A model generated the notes under the pieces. The model was not told the DNA's origin. It ran no database searches and worked only from the letters and a program-made list of their open reading frames with translations. A DNA stretch of 55,425 nt from Welwitschia mirabilis (Eukaryota): assembly GCA_051453625.1 (NCBI GenBank), contig JBOZIK010000001.1, forward strand, positions 5,025,464 through 5,080,888, written 5' to 3'. A program made the translations under genes and the position numbers. Positions 49,579-55,425 of this stretch are shown piece by piece; position 1 is the first letter of the stretch; each line of letters opens with the position of its first letter.

Positions 49579-51337
49579 AAAAGTCCTTAAAAACTTCTTG
49601 GATCTATTTTTTAAGTAGTAACTAGAATGAATTATATCATGATATTCTTAATCTTCAATGTTTCAATAAGAGATTATTTGTCCATGAAATTTATCACTCA
49701 TTTATCTCTTATTTAGATTTTAAAATTTTTCCTCTTAAAGTTTTATCATTTTACTCTCTTTAGCTCCAATTGATTTTACTCAAAAATTATTGTATACTTT
49801 TTATATTTTATTAATTAGTTTCTATTTGGTTTGACTCTTATTTTTCTAAATAGTACAATACCTGAGTGTACTTTTTCCACAACTAGTTGGACTTCTCAAT
49901 GATTAGGTCCTTATCTTTTTAAAACGTACATCTTTAAATGGATCATTTAAAACTTTCAGCCTAAACACTTTACAAATTTAGAAGTTAATGGATCAAAGGT
50001 TAAAAAGCATTGAAATATCTATTGATTAAACCATAAACATGATAAAAGCACTTGTCTTGGATTTTTTTTCCATGCCATTATCTAAATTCTTCTTGAGCCA
50101 ATTTTTTGCTAAATGTTATGCTATCACTTGAGCATCTTATACTTAACTAATGTTTTACTTTATGAACTTATCATGATTATTAAATATTTACTTGNNNNNN
50201 NNNNNNNNNNNNNNNNNNNNNNNNNNNNNNNNNNNNNNNNNNNNNNNNNNNNNNNNNNTTTTGAAGTAAGGTGCCTTGGTTCATTTGTTCTCTTTCAATG
50301 GTGTGACTAATTAGTCATTTTGACATGTTCTTTCTTGTTATTTATTTCATTACTTCACTCTTATTATTATGAGTATTTAATCATATGAATTTCTCTTATT
50401 CAAAAAAAAAAAAAAAACAAGAAGAAGAAAATAAAAAAAGTAAAAAACAAAGCAAAAAAAAGAGAAATAAAAACCATGTTCTTTTATGTTATATCTAAAA
50501 ACATGGTTCCCATGATGTCCTATCACAAGTCCATTAGGGAAAATATTCTTAAGAGGAATCTTTAGCAGTGTCATATGGACACTGTGGAAGCTCTATTAAG
50601 GGGTTAGTTGACCATGCTATGTGAGTCCTTACTTCTCTGATAATGGTTGCACTCCACTCATCATGGTAAAATAAAATTGTACGTCGAGNNNNNNNNNNNN
50701 NNNNNNNNNNNNNNNNNNNNNNNNNNNNNNNNNNNNNNNNNNNNNNNNNNNNNNNNNNNNNNNNNNNNNNNNNNNNNNNNNNNNNNNNAGGTGTGGTTCT
50801 TTTGTTCTCTTTCAATGGTGTAACTTATTAGTCATTTTGAAATGTTCTTTCTCGTTATTTATTTCATTACTTCACTCTTATTGTTGTGATTATTTAATCA
50901 TATGAATTTCTCTTATTCAAAAAAGAAAAAAACAAGAAGAAGAAAAGAAAAAAAGTAAAAAATAAAGCAAAAAAAAGAGAAATAAAAACCATGTTCTTTT
51001 ATGTTATATCTCAAAACATGGTTCCCATGATATCCTACCACAAGCCCATTGGGGAAAATATTCTTAAGAGAAACCTTTAGCAGTGTGATATGGACACTAT
51101 GAGAGCTCTATTAAGGGGTTAGTTAGCCATGCTATGNNNNNNNNNNTAATGGTTGCACTCCACTCATCATGGTAAAATAAAATTGTACTTAGAGGCTATG
51201 ATATTAGTAATATCCTTGATGTCATCAGAGGCGTCCTTTATTTTCTAGACTCAATTTATTTACTTATTTATAGTAATTCTACATGATCACTTTATTTCTT
51301 CAAATTCTAATGTTGTTCTAAGATGATAGCTTATCAG
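49579..51337 (+). mobile_element. Fragment G: internal/3' region of another D-like Athila derivative, interrupted by element H
   Basis: 49890-50155 aligns with 42116-42382 of D (ctcaatgattagg...agaagttaatggat...tgaaatatctattgattaaac...ccattatctaaattcttctt); followed by an A-rich tract typical of Athila 3' regions. Confidence 0.7.
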
Positions 51338-52881
51338 TGTTGGATTATATTTTACCAATTGATGTCAAACTAATGTCTCTTATATAGCAAATGTTGTATA
51401 TTTTGTGCAAAAGAGATTAAGTTTTTATAGGTTGAAAGATGAAACTAAAATATGCACCAAAAACATATTTATTTAGTTCACCCTTCAGAGGGGTCAACTG
51501 GATCCTAAAGGGGTTGACCGCACCTGAAGCTGTCAAAGGCAAATGGATTGCATCCAAAGGCGTTGACCAGAATTTGATGGGGTTGACTAGACTTGTAACT
51601 TAGATAATCAGTGTCCCTAAACTAAATGATACGAAATCAACTAGATTTTTACGGATTAACTATATTTGAGGATGTAATANNNNNNNNNNNNNNNNNNNNN
51701 NNNNNNNNNNNNNNNNNNNNNNNNNNNNNNNNNNNNNNNNNNNNNNNNNNNNNNNNNNNNNNNNNNNNNNNNNNNNNNNTCAACTAGATTTTTATGGATT
51801 AACTAGATTTGAGGACGTAATAAATAGTATTCCCAGACTGAGAGATAAGGAATCGATCAAACCCAAGATGGGGTTGACCAAACTAGGGTTAACTAGATCT
51901 AAATGTGGTCGAACGGACATGAAGATGTAAAAAACTTAGAGCAACTGAATCTTTATCTCAGGCAACCTATGTAATTCACGGCAACACATGGGGTTAACCA
52001 GATTTTTATGGGATCGACTAGATAGCATGGAAAAGAAATTTTTCTAAATATTATGTATCTATTATCTAGTCATTAGATAGTTGTTTTCTAATCATTTATA
52101 GTTATTGGAGGTGCAATTCAAATGTACTAAACCCTAATACCTTCCATTATAAATAACTAAGCTATAAATGATTAAAAAATATTTTGGAACTATTCTCATT
52201 TGGTTAAATCATTTAGATATGAAAGATCAAGCTATGCCTTAACATTATTGTATTTTAGCTTCTACACATCTGACTAGAGAAGATCTATTATTGGTACATG
52301 TACTTCCTTCAAAGTCAGATCTAGAATTAAATTGGTGTATTACTATTGAAGGAGAGATCCATCTATTATACTATTTTAGAACGAGTGATATTTATTCTAT
52401 TAAGGTATCACCACATCACTATCTTTTTTGCTAAAAGTTGAGACTAAGCCTTAAAAATTTTATGTTAAAAGTTGAGACTAAGCCTTAAAAATTTTATGAT
52501 ATAGATTGAAACTAAGCCTTGAAAAGTCCATTGTAAAGGTTGAGACTTATCTTGGAAAAATCCGCTTATAAAAGTTACAAGTGAACCTGGAATACCTTGT
52601 GGATAACAGAGATTCAAGATCTAGTTTAAGAAAAGCTGATTATTAAGATTAGAGTAGGGGAGTTCTCAAATCACTATAAATTTAGTTTGCATCAAATCAG
52701 TAGTTTGTGCTTTTTTTTAATTCTTTACTTTTAGTATTTTATCATATTGTGCACATCCTAAATAAATTTATTTTAATATGCAAGTTATATTTCAAATAGA
52801 TTCATTTTAGTTTAATTGTTAAGTTTTTGAAAGAACCTATTCATCCCCTCCCTCATCCCTTTAGGGTTCTCGATTCTATTA
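51338..52881 (+). repeat. 5' LTR of SIRE element H
   Basis: TGTTGGATT start (inferred; no second LTR in the window), U3 palindromic repeat array, TATAAATA at ~52148, U5 tandem repeats, decayed CTATTA end before the PBS. Confidence 0.72.
52433..52600 (+). repeat. ~34-bp tandem repeat in U5 of the SIRE LTR (4-5 copies)
   Basis: AAAAGTTGAGACTAAGCCTTAAAAATTTTATG at 52433 and 52467, followed by more diverged copies. Confidence 0.85.
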
Positions 52882-52883
52882 TT

Positions 52884-52894
52884 TGGTATCAGAG
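52884..52894 (+). promoter_or_regulatory. tRNA-iMet primer-binding site of element H
   Basis: TGGTATCAGAG, 2 nt after the LTR end. Confidence 0.92.
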
Positions 52895-52959
52895 ATAAGT
52901 TAAGTCTATAATATATTTTAATTAATTTTGATACTAGAACCCTAAAAACAAGTAACCCT

Positions 52960-55425
52960 TTTAATAGATTTTCAACCAGTCATTCATCTATGTTCGATGG
53001 ATTAAACTATGCCTATTGGAAAGATAAGATAATAATATTTCTTAGATTCCTAGATGCTAACATAGAGAAAGTCATCTACAAAGGTCATACTATTACCATA
53101 ATAACCCAAACCGATGCAAATGGTAATACTATTCTAGTTCCCAAATCCCAAGATCAATGGATAGCCACAAACAAGGTAAAAGCCACCATTGATTCCCATA
53201 CTCTTAATACAATTTTTTGTGTAGTATGTGCAAATAAATTCAAACTAATAGTGAACTGTAACCGTGCTAAGAAATATTGGAATATTTTTGAAGTATCACA
53301 TAGAGGAACCTCAACTGTTAAATAAGTCAAACTTTAGATGCTAATTTCTAAATTTAAATATATTCATATGGATAAAGAAGAAACTTTGTAAGAATTTTTC
53401 ACTAGACTTATAGATATTGTTAACTCAATGGCAAGCCTTCAAGAATGCATAGATGAAAGAAAATTAGTAAGGAAAGTCTTTAGATCCCTACCCAAGAGAT
53501 TCAAACCAAAGGTGATAGCCATAGAAGAGAGCAAGAACATTAATGTAATGGAATTAAAAGAACTTCAAGGTAATCTGCAAAACTATGAGCTTAATTTTAT
53601 TAAAAATAGAAAAAAGATATTACTTTAAAATGTGTATAGAAAGATTATAGTTCTGATAGATCAAATGANNNNNNNNNNNNNNNNNNNNNNNNNNNNNNNN
53701 NNNNNNNNNNNNNNNNNNNNNNNNNNNNNNNNNNNNNNNNNNNNNNNNNNNNNNNNNNNNNNNNNNNNTGCAAATGGCAATACTATTCTAGTTCCCAAAT
53801 CCTGAGATTAATGGATAGCCACAGATAAGGTAAAAGCCATCATTGATTCCCATACTCTTAATACAATTTTTTGTGTAGTATGTACAAATAAATTCAAACT
53901 AATAGTAAACTGTAACCATGCTAAGAAAGATTGGGATATTTTTGAAGTATCACATAAAGGAACCTCAACTATTAAACAAGTAAAACTTTAGATGCTAATT
54001 TCTAAATTTAAAGATATTCATATGGATGAAGAAGAAACTTTATAAGAATTTTTCACTAGACTTATAAATATTGTTAACTCAATGGCAAGCCTTCAAGAAT
54101 GCATAGATGAAAGAAAAGTAGTAAGGAAAGTCTTGATATCCATACCCAAGAGATTTGAACCAAAGGTGATAGCCATAGAAGAGAGCAAGGACATTAATGT
54201 AATGGAATTAAAAGAACTTCGAGGTAATCTACAAACCTATGAGCTTAATTTTGTTAAAGATAGAAAAAATGTATTACTTTAAAATGTGTATAAAAAGACT
54301 ATAGATCTGACAGATCAGATGAAGAACTCAATGATAATGAAATGGCTCTTCTAACTAGATGATTCAAAAAGTTTCTTCATAAGAAAAAGGAAAGAGAATT
54401 AAGTAGGAATTGAAGAATAAGTAATCCAAAACAAATAAAGAAGGAAGAAAAGGGAAAGGAAATCCAATGCTACTCATGCAAAGGATTTAAAAATATGGAT
54501 AATGATTGTCCTAACACTAGGAGAGACAAAAAAAAGTTAAGGAATCCCTCATTCATAGCTACTTGGGATAATGAAAATGATGAATATGAGGAAACTATTT
54601 AGTTCATGGATCAGACAGAGATAGAATATTGTCTTTCATGACTTTTGTGTGATCACTTAAAAATGTGCCTAGTACATCAATGCCAAATGATTTGGATATG
54701 ATTAATAAAGAATAAGATGAGCTAAAAGACACATGTAGGAGTTGTATGAGGAGGTTGAAAAGCTAGCTAAGAGAATAAATAAGTTTAAAAAAATAGTAAA
54801 GATTATTACCAAAGAAAAGGAGGAAGTGGAAGAGAAATATAATGTGCTCAAATTCAATAACATCAAGCTAACTTCTTAGGTAAAAAATCTTTTTTTTTTT
54901 AGTAAATAAATTTTTTAATAGCTCTTCTAAATTGGAACAGATACTTGGAGTATGAAAGACCACTAGAGTAAAATCAGATATTGGCTTTGATATACAAAAA
55001 TCAAAAAAATAGGTAAACTAGACAAGTAAGTATGTACTTAACCTTTTATACAATTTTTTGGTGAATTTGATCATTCAAAACCTTTTTACAAAGTTAAAAA
55101 ATTAATGCTTTTCTCTAAAAATGTAAGCACATTACTTTTTAAGTTTATTCCTAATAAAAATATACCACCTAAGTTAAATAAGACTAAATGGATTAGAGAT
55201 AATAATCTTCAAAGTTTTCTGAAACAGATAGATTTTAGAGGACTATGTATGAATAATTAGTATTTAGACAATGATTGTTCAAGACATATGTTAGGAGATA
55301 AATTAATTTTCAAAACTTGAAGAGCATAAATGGAGGAGAAGTCATCTTTGAAAATAACAAAATAATAAAAATAGAATGTAAGGAATGCATCAAGGGAGGT
55401 ATGTTACCTAAACTTGATAATGTGC
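52960..55425 (+). pseudogene. gag-pol: Decayed copia gag and start of protease (gag partly duplicated across the gap at 53669-53768)
   Basis: FDGLNYAYWKDKI; AKKYWNIFEVSHRGTSTVK; LVRKVFRSLPKRFKPKVIAIEESK; knuckle IQCYSCKGFKNMDNDCP (~54460); protease *YLDNDCSRHMLGDK (~55258), canonical WYLDSGCSRHMTG. Confidence 0.92.

Larger units (their letters stand above)
51338..55425 (+). mobile_element. Element H: degenerate Ty1/copia SIRE (Sirevirus/Maximus) element; runs off the window end
   Basis: LTR from TGTTGG to the SIRE-type U5 end CCTATTCATCCCCTCC...TAGG; tRNA-iMet PBS; UBN2-type gag; zinc knuckle; copia protease motif. Confidence 0.88.

Noticed and set aside
198..50815. Long ORFs in the supplied track (e.g. 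21035-21973, 29471-30058, 38325-39564, 39587-40762, 41114-42127)
   Set aside because: They consist mostly of X residues from N gaps and are not evidence of genes.
1..55425. Assigning the host species, or invoking fungal RIP
   Set aside because: Athila, Tekay-like and SIRE lineages indicate a land plant, so fungal RIP does not apply. Nothing in the window identifies the species; low GC and old LTRs are only suggestive.

Overview
AT-rich, CpG-depleted, gap-rich plant heterochromatin built almost entirely from old, nested, decayed LTR retrotransposons. I find no intact host gene, RNA gene or CRISPR array. From left to right: (A) an Athila-type Ty3/gypsy element on the minus strand (1-7611; 5' LTR, tRNA-Asp PBS, gag, protease, RT, RNase H, integrase). 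(F) A truncated chromovirus/Tekay-like gag-pol on the minus strand (~8440-11100), then a 45-bp tandem array and an unidentified decayed reading frame (~12450-14311). (B) A large Athila element on the plus strand (14312-~34733) with an env-like ORF remnant; its RT is split by (C), a pol-less Athila derivative (19638-25854). (D) A second pol-less Athila derivative with two LTRs and a TSD (37523-45100). (E) A Tekay-like gag-pol on the plus strand (~45780-49478). (G) The 3' part of another D-like element. (H) A SIRE/Sirevirus Ty1/copia element (51338 to window end). All coding regions are pseudogenised, mainly by C>T/G>A transitions, including at non-CG sites. Many 100-N gaps are flanked by slightly diverged direct duplications, most likely two haplotypes placed in tandem by the assembler. 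I cannot support a new biological system with confidence. The best leads are the non-autonomous Athila derivatives, the unidentified ORF with its tandem array, a tRNA-like A/B-box remnant and the all-context cytosine decay. All alignments and translations were done by eye; internal domain boundaries are approximate.
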